Assembly: GCA_964413265.1 (NCBI GenBank)
Contig: CAYPRX010000006.1
Span: 8,822-72,821 of the forward strand
Length of the DNA stretch: 64,000 nucleotides
DNA from: an uncultured Brevinematales bacterium
GTDB lineage: Bacteria > Spirochaetota > Brevinematia > Brevinematales > JAOACQ01
Reading direction: 5' to 3'
A program made the position numbers and the translations under genes. Position 1 is the stretch's first letter. Each line of letters begins with the position of its first letter. The notes under the pieces were generated by a model. The model was given only the letters and a program-made list of their open reading frames with translations, was not told the DNA's origin and did not search any database. Below, in pieces: positions 1 to 9,951 of the stretch.

Positions 1-54
1 GGCTTCTTCAAGGCTGCCCTTAGGAAGCCCCAGTTTTAAGATCTTATCATTCAT
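1..54 (-). CDS. hisG: ATP phosphoribosyltransferase, first 18 codons only (gene runs off the window)
   Basis: The reverse-strand ATG at 54 reads MNDKILKLGLPKGSLEEA, which resembles the LxLPKGxLxEE N-terminus of short-form HisG. It starts 12 nt after the hisI stop. It is too short to appear in the ORF track. Confidence 0.5.
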   Translation of the reverse strand, partial: MNDKILKLGLPKGSLEEA

Positions 55-65
55 AAAACATTACC

Positions 66-455
66 TTATTTTTTATAAACATTTCCTGGATCGAATTTCT
101 TTTCCTCGCCGTTATATTCCCACTCCCCGTCTCTCCAGGTCCTGAAAAAACAGCTTTCATAACCCTCATGACATGCGGCGCCGCCACGCTGAAATACACG
201 GTAAAGCAGTGTATCGTTGTCGCAGTCAATAAGTATCTCCTTTATTTCCTGGCAATTACCCGATTCCTCTCCCTTTTTCCATAATTTTTCCCTCGAACGC
301 GACCAATAAACAGCTTTACCGGTTTTAACAGTTTCCTCAAATGCTTCTTTATTTACATAGGCGAGCATCAGAACCTTCCCGCTTTCAGCGTCCTGAGTGA
401 CTACAGGCACAAGGCCACCCAATTTATCGAAATCTATCTTCATGATCTTCCCCAC
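66..455 (-). CDS. hisI: phosphoribosyl-AMP cyclohydrolase (monofunctional HisI)
   Basis: 129 aa. PRA-CH signatures are present: [27 protein letters not shown], and CD.DTLLY.V...[12 protein letters not shown] with the metal-binding Cys residues. There is no HisE pyrophosphohydrolase domain. Confidence 0.85.
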   Translation of the reverse strand: MGKIMKIDFDKLGGLVPVVTQDAESGKVLMLAYVNKEAFEETVKTGKAVYWSRSREKLWKKGEESGNCQEIKEILIDCDNDTLLYRVFQRGGAACHEGYESCFFRTWRDGEWEYNGEEKKFDPGNVYKK

Positions 456-472
456 ACATACTTCAAATTCGA

Positions 473-1318
473 TTATTTACCGGACCAGGAAGCAATATAT
501 ACAAGGTTGCCCGAATTCAGGACCGGTTCCCGTGTCTCCCAGGAACCATCCAGGCCAAGCTCCCTTGCCGTAAATTCAAAATGGCACATTGCTATCCCTA
601 TATCGAGATTTTGCAGCTTTATATCCTTAAAAAAATTGTTATATATTTTATCTTCATTTAAATAGATATGGAAGATACTTTTATCTTTATCCCGTATAAC
701 CCTCCATGGCTGTTTATTTGAAGCAGATGGTGCAAGCCTTACGCCTTCAAGAACAGATCCGTATTTTCCGAGATCCTTTTTATTTAATGGATTATTGATG
801 TCCCTTTCAAAAAAAAGCTCATCAAAGCTTTTACGGTTCCGGTTGCCTCTTGACATTCCCATCAGACCAACAATAAACGAACTTTTATCTCCAGGGTACC
901 CCAGCGGAGTTACTGCAGGAATGACTTCTTCCTGGCCAAGATCCATTTTCTTCGAGAATGAACTGCGGTTGAGGGTACCACCAAGCCAGCAGGTGCTTAT
1001 TCCCAATTCAGTTGCCTTGAGTATAGCGGCTTCCATGCAGTATCCAAAGTCTTCCATTGAGTTCTTACCTTTCTTTACAGCTCCAGAGAGGTAAAGAGTC
1101 GCACCTTTTATCATGCTATTGGTTCCAAGCTTTTTCAACTCGCTCGAATTTCCATCTGCTACCTCTACAAATGCAAAGCGAACCATATTGCCGAAAGGAC
1201 CCTTACAATGCTCAAGAATATAATCCATCAGCAGTTTTTTCAAGATGTCTTCCACTTTCCTGTCAGCATAGGCCCTGTTTGAAAATCTCTTATTTATAAC
1301 ATCAATTATCGATCCCAT
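473..1318 (-). CDS. nitroreductase-family protein (two-lobed putative-nitroreductase type)
   Basis: 281 aa. It has RFSNRAY near the N-terminus and [12 protein letters not shown] in the second half, as in the nitroreductase fold. Confidence 0.65.
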   Translation of the reverse strand: MGSIIDVINKRFSNRAYADRKVEDILKKLLMDYILEHCKGPFGNMVRFAFVEVADGNSSELKKLGTNSMIKGATLYLSGAVKKGKNSMEDFGYCMEAAILKATELGISTCWLGGTLNRSSFSKKMDLGQEEVIPAVTPLGYPGDKSSFIVGLMGMSRGNRNRKSFDELFFERDINNPLNKKDLGKYGSVLEGVRLAPSASNKQPWRVIRDKDKSIFHIYLNEDKIYNNFFKDIKLQNLDIGIAMCHFEFTARELGLDGSWETREPVLNSGNLVYIASWSGK

Positions 1319-1420
1319 AAATTCTCCTTAATGCTAAAATTATAACTTTTAAAGTGTAATTTTGCAAAGAAGCCGATATTAAGTGAGTTGATTACTATTA
1401 ATTCCCCTTTTTCGCGCCTT

Positions 1421-1603
1421 GAATCAGTAAGCTTGATTTGCTAAGGCTCAAAACTGCTGCAAGTTGAACTTACACAGACCCTGAAAGATATTAACTTTAT
1501 AAATGTTATTATTTTACGACTAACTTGATTGATTAGCAGGGTCTGTGCTCGGACAAGAACTTGCTTTTCGCAGTTTTTCGCCTTGCAAATCTACGCTTAC
1601 TTC
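1421..1603. repeat. 183-nt long imperfect inverted repeat (hairpin-capable) in a divergent intergenic region; function unknown
   Basis: Paired blocks read by eye: 1427-1432/1595-1600, 1435-1441/1585-1591, 1443-1447/1580-1584, 1451-1457/1570-1576, 1459-1465/1558-1564, and a perfect 11-bp core CACAGACCCTG 1473-1483 / CAGGGTCTGTG 1537-1547. They enclose a 53-nt AT-rich apical region. A ~17-nt motif TTTTTCG(CG)CCTTG.AATC occurs directly at 1409-1426 and 1575-1591 and inverted at about 1435-1453. Confidence 0.7.
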
Positions 1604-1717
1604 ATATGTTGCGGATAGGGGAACAGGTGTTGATTACAATGAAACTTTATTTTTTTTCCTTTCCCCATTAAAATAAAAATTTAAAAGATCTCCCGATTAA
1701 GCTTATTTGGAGGAATC

Positions 1718-2788
1718 ATGTCTTACAATATCGCAGTTATAGGCGGTGACGGCACAGGTCCTGAGGTTGTCAGTGAGGGAATAAAAGTCCTTAAATCCGC
1801 TGAAAATAAATTTAACCTCAAATTCGATTTTCATTACTACGATTTCGGCGGTGAGAGATACCTCAAATCCGGCAAAATAATTTCCAAAGAGGAAATTGAT
1901 GAACTGAGAAATTATAATGCCATTTACCTGGGTGCAATTGGTCATCCGGATGTAAAGCCCGGAATTCTTGAAAAGGGACTACTCCTGCGCATACGCTTTG
2001 ATATGGACCAGTATATAAACCTCAGGCCAGTAAAGCTATACCCGAATGTCGAAACACCAATCAGGGATAAGGGACCGGCCGATATAGATTTCGTAGTTGT
2101 GAGGGAAAATACAGGCGGCATCTATACGGGGCATGGCGGCGTTACCAGAGAAGGAACACCGGACGAAATAGCATCTCAATTGATGATCTATGACAGGAGG
2201 ACTGTCGATAGGTGTCTTAAGTATTCCTTTGAACTTAAGAAAAAGAGAAACTCTTTGAAGAAAGCTTACAGCGAAAAGCCGATTCACCTTGTACACAAGA
2301 TAAATGTACTGACTTATTGCGGTGATCTATGGTACAGGGCATTCGAGGAAATGGGCGGTAAATCATATCCGGCGATAAAACGAGACTATGCGCATGTGGA
2401 TGCTACAACAATGTGGTTTGTCAAAAATCCAGAATGGTTTGATGTTGTTGTAACGGAAAATCTCTTCGGAGATATAATCACGGACCTAGGAGCCATGATC
2501 CAGGGCGGCATGGGGATTGCTGCAGGCGGCAATATAAATCCTGACGGCGTCTCTATGTTCGAACCCATCGGCGGTTCCGCCCCGAAATATACCGGCATGC
2601 ACGTGATCAATCCGCTTGCGGCCATAGAGGCAGGAAGGATGATGCTTGAAGAACTGGGTGAGAGTAAAGCAGCTCAGGCAATTGAAAAGGGAGTAGCCTT
2701 TGCCTGCACAAAGATGAAAAGTCAGTCCGCTGGTAAAATGGGATTTTCTACTGAACAGGTCGGTGATCTGGTAGCCGGCGCGATCTAA
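1718..2788 (+). CDS. isocitrate/isopropylmalate dehydrogenase-family enzyme (3-isopropylmalate or tartrate/D-malate dehydrogenase-like)
   Basis: 356 aa. Signatures: N-terminal IAVIGGDGTGPEV, LGAIGHP, NLRPVK, VVVRENTGGIYTG and NLFGDIITDLGA. It is not embedded in a leu operon. Confidence 0.8.
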   Translation: MSYNIAVIGGDGTGPEVVSEGIKVLKSAENKFNLKFDFHYYDFGGERYLKSGKIISKEEIDELRNYNAIYLGAIGHPDVKPGILEKGLLLRIRFDMDQYINLRPVKLYPNVETPIRDKGPADIDFVVVRENTGGIYTGHGGVTREGTPDEIASQLMIYDRRTVDRCLKYSFELKKKRNSLKKAYSEKPIHLVHKINVLTYCGDLWYRAFEEMGGKSYPAIKRDYAHVDATTMWFVKNPEWFDVVVTENLFGDIITDLGAMIQGGMGIAAGGNINPDGVSMFEPIGGSAPKYTGMHVINPLAAIEAGRMMLEELGESKAAQAIEKGVAFACTKMKSQSAGKMGFSTEQVGDLVAGAI

Positions 2789-2887
2789 TAGATTTCAGCA
2801 CCGGATTTTCATTTATAATCAAGCAGAAAAATTTTACTCTTCTTTTTCATAATTAGTAAATTTATGAAAGAGGGTATATAATAACAT

Positions 2888-5158
2888 ATGGAAATAAATG
2901 AAGAATTGAACCGGATTATTCTTGCCGGATACAATGAGGCTAAGAACAGGCGGCATGAATATTATACTCCCGAACATCTACTTTATGCCTCACTTTTTTT
3001 CAATAGCGGAGTCGATATCCTCGTTCATTGCGGGGGTGACATAGGCAGCCTGAAGCGGAATCTGGAGGCTTATTTTAAAAATTACCACGAGGCTTTAATC
3101 GGCGAGACAGAACCACTTGAATCCTTAGGGCTTCAGAGTGTTCTTACAAGAGCGCTTTACTCTTCCTCCGATCCACATAAAAAAGAAATCACAATTGGAG
3201 ACGTATTTATAGCTATCATGGATGAGCAGGACTCATTCGCTTCTTACTATATCAACAGAGAGGGAATAACACGGCTAGATCTGCTTAACTACATCTCTCA
3301 TGGCATATCAGTGGTACCCGAGGATGTTATTCCCCGCCTGTCTCAGACTAAACCGGGTGAAGAGATCATTACAGAAAACAACACTGAAAAAGAGAACAAG
3401 AAGAGTATTCTCAGCTACTATACCTCCGAGCTTGTTCAAAGGGCAAGGTCACACGAATTTGAGCCTCTTATAGGCAGGGAGGATATCCTGGGCCGGACTA
3501 TCCAGGTACTTTGCAGGAGATTCAAGAACAATCCAATACATGTCGGAGAACCAGGCGTTGGAAAAACCGCCATTACCCAGGGCCTGGCAAACCTTATTGC
3601 CTCAGGTTCTGTTCCATCCTCTCTGAAAAATTCCAAAATTTTTTCCCTCGATATGGGTTCCCTTCTTGCAGGTACAAGATACAGGGGAGATTTCGAAGAG
3701 AGGCTGAAAAAGATCATTAACGAATTATTGCTGATGGACAGTGTAATTCTTTTTATAGATGAGATACATACCATTGTCGGCGCAGGAGCCGTTACCGGCG
3801 GATCTCTTGATGCATCCAATATATTAAAACCTGCTCTTATGTCAGGAAAACTCAGGTGTATAGGGACAACCACCTTCGAGGAATACAGGAAGTATTTCGA
3901 GAAAGACAGGGCTCTGTCAAGAAGGTTTCAGAAAATTGAGGTGGCTGAACCTTCCCGGGAAGAGACAATCCGTATCCTTAAGGGACTTAAAAATAATTAT
4001 GAGGATTTCCATAAGGTCACATATTCAGACATGGCGCTTAAATCCGCAGTGGAATTATCTGCTAAATACATAAACGACAGGCAGCTGCCTGATAAGGCCA
4101 TAGATGTCATAGACGAAGCAGGGGCGCAGATGAGGATCAAAAGAGGCCCTGATTTGAAAAAAAAGATGACAGTCAGGGCGAGGGACATTGAAAAGATAGT
4201 CGCAAAAATGGCCAAGATACCAGAAAAATCCGTCTCCTCTAATGAGATTGGAAGCCTTAAAAACCTTGAAACAGAACTCTCAAATAAAATTTTCGGCCAA
4301 GCAGAAGCGGTGAGGATGGTCTCCGAGGCGATAAAGAGGTCAAGAGCCGGTTTCCATGAGGATACGAGGCCGGTGGCTTCATTTCTCTTTATAGGACCTA
4401 CCGGCGTTGGTAAAACAGAACTTGTAAAAGTACTCTCATTATGTCTGGGTATACCGCTGATCCGCTTCGATATGAGCGAATACCAGGAAAAGCATACTGT
4501 AGCAAGGCTCATCGGAGCTCCTCCCGGTTACGTAGGATATGAAGAGGGAGGGCTACTGGTCGAGGAAGTCCGCAAGAAACCCTACTCTGTCCTTCTCCTT
4601 GATGAAGTTGAAAAGGCCCACCCGGATATTTTCAATACACTCCTCCAGGTTATGGACTATGCAACCCTTACTGATAATTCGGGTAAGAAGGCCGATTTCA
4701 GGAACGTTATAATTATTATGACAAGCAATGCGGGAGCCAGGGATATGGCACAGGCCTCCATTGGATTCAGCGATAATAGTGAGAAAAGAAAATCAGCTGC
4801 CAAAGCGCTTGAATTGCTTTTCTCGCCGGAATTCAGGAACAGGCTAGATTCGATCGTCCAGTTCAAGGCCTTAAGCAGGGAAATAGTCAAGGATATAGTT
4901 AGAAAGCAGATCAGGGAATTTCAGGACCAGCTGAAGGCAAAACATATTGTCCTTAATGTTACAGAAAGCTGTTTAGATCTCATAACTGAAAAGTCATTTT
5001 CAAAAACCTTTGGCGCCCGCGAAGTATCCAGGTGGATACAGGAAAAAATCAAAAATTATTTTGTCGATGAAGTGCTTTTCGGGAGCCTGACAAAGGGTGG
5101 TAAAGTTAAGGCATTCGCAAAGGGTGACGAAATAACCTTTAAAAATTCCAACTCCTGA
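2888..5158 (+). CDS. clpA: ATP-dependent Clp protease ATP-binding subunit ClpA
   Basis: 756 aa. It has a Clp N-domain and two AAA+ modules: Walker A GEPGVGKTA and GPTGVGKTE, Walker B LFIDEIH and LLLDEVEKAH, and the RRFQKI sensor region. There is no middle M-domain, so it is ClpA-type rather than ClpB. Confidence 0.9.
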   Translation: MEINEELNRIILAGYNEAKNRRHEYYTPEHLLYASLFFNSGVDILVHCGGDIGSLKRNLEAYFKNYHEALIGETEPLESLGLQSVLTRALYSSSDPHKKEITIGDVFIAIMDEQDSFASYYINREGITRLDLLNYISHGISVVPEDVIPRLSQTKPGEEIITENNTEKENKKSILSYYTSELVQRARSHEFEPLIGREDILGRTIQVLCRRFKNNPIHVGEPGVGKTAITQGLANLIASGSVPSSLKNSKIFSLDMGSLLAGTRYRGDFEERLKKIINELLLMDSVILFIDEIHTIVGAGAVTGGSLDASNILKPALMSGKLRCIGTTTFEEYRKYFEKDRALSRRFQKIEVAEPSREETIRILKGLKNNYEDFHKVTYSDMALKSAVELSAKYINDRQLPDKAIDVIDEAGAQMRIKRGPDLKKKMTVRARDIEKIVAKMAKIPEKSVSSNEIGSLKNLETELSNKIFGQAEAVRMVSEAIKRSRAGFHEDTRPVASFLFIGPTGVGKTELVKVLSLCLGIPLIRFDMSEYQEKHTVARLIGAPPGYVGYEEGGLLVEEVRKKPYSVLLLDEVEKAHPDIFNTLLQVMDYATLTDNSGKKADFRNVIIIMTSNAGARDMAQASIGFSDNSEKRKSAAKALELLFSPEFRNRLDSIVQFKALSREIVKDIVRKQIREFQDQLKAKHIVLNVTESCLDLITEKSFSKTFGAREVSRWIQEKIKNYFVDEVLFGSLTKGGKVKAFAKGDEITFKNSNS

Positions 5159-5169
5159 AAAACTTTTGT

Positions 5170-6147
5170 CTAATCCACAGGAAGTACTCTTATGCTTCCG
5201 TCCACTTTTTCATCAAGGTAATTCTGTATAGCATATAGCGTCCCGGTTGTGCTGGCTGGACACCCCCTGCAGGCGCCGACATAATTTATATAAAGATCAG
5301 TATGCCCTTCGCTTTCTTTCAAATCCACAATTTCCAGATTCCCTCCGTCAGCCGCCAGCATGGGCTTTATTTCCTCATCAAGTACTTTCTCTATAGCCTT
5401 GAGTTTCTGGACAATTCCCATACCCTTAAAGCTGGATGATTTCATGGATTCTTGAACTTGTTCTTTTTCCATTTGTGCCCTCACTTCATTTAATATATCT
5501 TCAAGGTAATATTTTCTTTCTTCATGGCCGCCAGGCCGGATACAGCTCTTGCAGAAGCCTCCTGCTTTAGTGTACTGCGTGATCTGTTCGACCGTCTTCA
5601 GGTTGTTTATCCTGATGACCTCTTTTATCGTCCCAAGCGATACCCTCGCACATTCGCAAACAATCTCCTCGTAATCAAAAGATTCCATATCAACGCCTTT
5701 GTAAATCGAGGCAGCTTTTTTTATGACATCATAGGCCATAACACTGCAGTGCATTTTCTGGGGCGGGATAGAAGGCGTGTCCTCATTATCCCTCATTGCA
5801 TGTTCAACGTCAAGATTCGTGATCTTAATAGCCTCATCCACTGTCTTTCCTATGCACATTTCAGCCATAGTATCGCACGATGCTATAGCAGTCCCGCAGC
5901 CAAAACTCTTGAATTTGGAATCCAGTATCTTATCAGTTTTAGGATCAACTGCCCAGTAAAGGCGAACTGCGTCTCCGCATGCCTCCGCTCCCCAATCAGC
6001 AACTACGAGCTGCGCGCCCATAGCCCCTGCATCTGCTTCTGTTATTTCGCCCCTGTGAACAGGGTTATTCATCTTCTCGCTTACTTTATCAGAATACTGC
6101 TCCCAAAGAGCGCCGCCAATTAAATCAATTTTCGCCACAAAATCCAC
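5170..6147 (-). CDS. nifU: NifU-type Fe-S cluster scaffold (IscU-like N-domain, central BFD-like [2Fe-2S] domain, C-terminal NifU domain)
   Basis: 325 aa. Signatures: N-terminal GAEACGDAV...FGCGTAIAS...HCS, central CECARVS...CKSC, and C-terminal GACRGCPAS. It lies directly downstream of nifS. Confidence 0.85.
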   Translation of the reverse strand: MDFVAKIDLIGGALWEQYSDKVSEKMNNPVHRGEITEADAGAMGAQLVVADWGAEACGDAVRLYWAVDPKTDKILDSKFKSFGCGTAIASCDTMAEMCIGKTVDEAIKITNLDVEHAMRDNEDTPSIPPQKMHCSVMAYDVIKKAASIYKGVDMESFDYEEIVCECARVSLGTIKEVIRINNLKTVEQITQYTKAGGFCKSCIRPGGHEERKYYLEDILNEVRAQMEKEQVQESMKSSSFKGMGIVQKLKAIEKVLDEEIKPMLAADGGNLEIVDLKESEGHTDLYINYVGACRGCPASTTGTLYAIQNYLDEKVDGSIRVLPVD

Positions 6148-6160
6148 CTGAAAAAATTTT

Positions 6161-7369
<1,209 letters not shown>

Positions 7370-7571
7370 TCAATATTTATATGCCAGATTAATGATTCAT
7401 GTATGCTGATAAACAGGTTTCTGTTTGCCGGATGATCCGCTGAAAAAATTTGATTCCTCAGAGGGGTTTGTTCTAAAATTTTTGAATTATAAATAAAAGC
7501 TTTTTATAATTCTAAATACTTCAAAAGATACAGATAAAAACATGCGATCATCTGATATTTAAGGATTTTAT

Positions 7572-9950
7572 ATGAGATTCCTTTTTTTAATAATCGCTAT
7601 TTCAGTTATTGTGCCGGTATCTCTTTTTGCTTCAGAAACGTTGAACGATCCTGAATTCAGGGCTGATAATTACGGTATCTGGCATATAAGAGATAATCCT
7701 GCAGGACCCGGCCTTTCACCGGATATATTTGACACTGGGGTATTGTATGCTCCCGGGGAATGGGACATCGCAGCCCAATGTCCTTTTCTCAATTATAGCT
7801 ACAACTATACCTATAATGATGCGCTTCAAAGGGTTGGAATTTCTCTCGGCTTTGATAAGGGCTTTTCTTTCGGATATGATTATCAATGGTGGCAGCAGCA
7901 GACATATGCCGACTTTTCATCGATCGGGTTACTGATCCGCCCCTATGATTTTCTATCCGTCGGGCTTACATGCGATATTTCTAATTCATCTTCTTTCGGT
8001 TTCGGAATCGGGATCAGGCCGCTCTCTTTCATACAGGGTATTGGGTCAGCACTGACAATTACTGCTGACGCTCATACCGAATCAAACTCTTTCGTTTTCG
8101 AAAGTATCGGCTGCCGGATCGCATTAAATGATTCTATAAGTTTAAGGTCATGGTACGATTTTCAAAACAGTATGGCAGGCCTCGAGCTAACCTTTACAAT
8201 AGGTCCATTTGAGACAAGGGTAGCTGCGCCCTATTTACCTGATATTTCCGACTTCAGGGCTGGTGAGAGTATCAGAATAGCGAAGAGCACCTCATCATCC
8301 CAGGGGATAGATTTATCAGGCAGCAAGATACTCGTTATAAATAATATCGACGAGATATACCCGACTCCTCAAACCAACAGCCTTCTCAGGACAATTTTCT
8401 TCGATAAGAATACTATCGACCTACCCTCATTATTGAATATGATCCGCAGGGCCGGGAAAGATCCCGGCATAGTCGCTATAGCTTTCGAAAATCTTCCTTC
8501 AGTCGGAATTTATGCGGCCGCACAGGAATTGGCCAACGCACTGGGTGAATTCAGACGAACTGGAAAAAAGGTATATTTTTATGCTGACGAATATTATTTT
8601 TCAGGGCAATACCAGATTCTTGCATCTCAGGCGGATTTAATTTTTTTAAACCCGTCAGGCTCAGTTAACCTGACAGGGATCGGTTTTAAGCGGCTTTATT
8701 TCAGGGATTTTCTGGATAAACTAGGCATCCGGTGTGTAAATCTGGCCCCATGGGAAACAAAATCGGCTAATAATCCTTTTACATACAATGAAATGCCTGC
8801 CGGAGAACGGGATATGACAAAGAGGTATTTAAAGGATATAAGCGATCAGGAGTTAATGAGCTTTTCAGAAGGAAGGGCCGGCAGGCTTAAAGACAGTCCA
8901 CTGGAAGCGATCGAAACAGGGCCCTATCTCGCTTCCGGAAAAGCTCTCGACGCGGGGATTGTCGATGCTGTTATGTATGAAGATGATTTTGAAGACTGTA
9001 TAGTCAAATCCAATGAAGGAGCCCATATAATAACAAAATATACTGTTCCCGAAGACACGACCTGGGGACCTCCATCCGCAGCAAAAAAAGTTGCTGTTCT
9101 CTATCTCAACGGACCGATAATACTGGGTTTTGGAAACGCTGGAACCAGTATAGGGACATCGGCTGTTGAAGAAATCAGACAACTCAGAAATAACCAGGGT
9201 ATTTCCGCTATACTCATCAGGATCAATTCTCCAGGTGGAGTAGTTATAACAAGCGATGCAATAGGCCGTGAAGTTAAGAAAACTGTATCAGCCGGTAAAA
9301 CTGTAGTAGTTTCAATGGGTGATGTCGCAGCATCAGGAGGATATTATGCATCCTGTTTCGCATCTAAGATCTTCGCTGAGCCCGGAACATTGACCGGTTC
9401 CATAGGGGTTACTGGTCTGCTCGTCAACTTTTCAGGAACTCTCGGCAAACTCGGAATTCATAGCGACAGGGTCGATCTATATAAAAGTTCGGGTTTTCTC
9501 GATCCTTCAAGAGAATTCAAGGAAAGCGACATTTCAAATGTTCATGATATGATAATATCAATGTACGACCGTTTCGTCTCGGATGTTTCTGAGGGTAGAA
9601 GACTATCAGATACAAGAGTGCGTGAACTCGGCGAGGGCCGGATCTGGACAGGAAGGGAAGCTCTGACAAACGGTCTTATAGACAAACTGGGAAGCCTTGA
9701 AGATTCAAAAAATTACCTCAGAGAAAAACTTGGGGGCTGGGTAGAATTCAATGACTATATAGTAGGAAATTTCAATTTCGCCGAAGACCTGCTGGGGGAC
9801 CTTACAAAGGCGACCCTGAGTTCAATCTCTGGGGCGGATACGGAAAATATATCAACATCTCTTAAACCTTATATCAGGGCCGCTTCGGAACTCCTGAGCA
9901 TTGGATCGGGACCTGTTTTATATTATGATTGGATGGGCGCTGGAGAATAG
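7572..9950 (+). CDS. sppA: signal peptide peptidase SppA, 67K (tandem S49) type, with a ~230-aa N-terminal extension
   Basis: 792 aa with a signal/anchor sequence and two S49 repeats. The C-terminal repeat carries MGDVAASGGYYAS, which contains the catalytic Ser. The first ~250 residues are Gly/Ser/aromatic rich (GFSFGYDYQWW, SSFGFGIGIRP). Confidence 0.8.
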   Translation: MRFLFLIIAISVIVPVSLFASETLNDPEFRADNYGIWHIRDNPAGPGLSPDIFDTGVLYAPGEWDIAAQCPFLNYSYNYTYNDALQRVGISLGFDKGFSFGYDYQWWQQQTYADFSSIGLLIRPYDFLSVGLTCDISNSSSFGFGIGIRPLSFIQGIGSALTITADAHTESNSFVFESIGCRIALNDSISLRSWYDFQNSMAGLELTFTIGPFETRVAAPYLPDISDFRAGESIRIAKSTSSSQGIDLSGSKILVINNIDEIYPTPQTNSLLRTIFFDKNTIDLPSLLNMIRRAGKDPGIVAIAFENLPSVGIYAAAQELANALGEFRRTGKKVYFYADEYYFSGQYQILASQADLIFLNPSGSVNLTGIGFKRLYFRDFLDKLGIRCVNLAPWETKSANNPFTYNEMPAGERDMTKRYLKDISDQELMSFSEGRAGRLKDSPLEAIETGPYLASGKALDAGIVDAVMYEDDFEDCIVKSNEGAHIITKYTVPEDTTWGPPSAAKKVAVLYLNGPIILGFGNAGTSIGTSAVEEIRQLRNNQGISAILIRINSPGGVVITSDAIGREVKKTVSAGKTVVVSMGDVAASGGYYASCFASKIFAEPGTLTGSIGVTGLLVNFSGTLGKLGIHSDRVDLYKSSGFLDPSREFKESDISNVHDMIISMYDRFVSDVSEGRRLSDTRVRELGEGRIWTGREALTNGLIDKLGSLEDSKNYLREKLGGWVEFNDYIVGNFNFAEDLLGDLTKATLSSISGADTENISTSLKPYIRAASELLSIGSGPVLYYDWMGAGE

Positions 9951-9951
9951 A

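Noticed and set aside
3436-4512. Antisense ORFs inside clpA (145 aa and 171 aa). The same kind of shadow ORF occurs inside nifU (5524..6123), the Zn-ADH gene (16873..17460), groEL (23522..24043, 24206..24862), the GltB-like gene (50158..50613) and many others in the track.
   Set aside because: Each is fully overlapped by a gene with unmistakable family motifs on the other strand. Their translations are low-complexity (Ser/Leu/Ile/Pro-rich) with no start-site signals.
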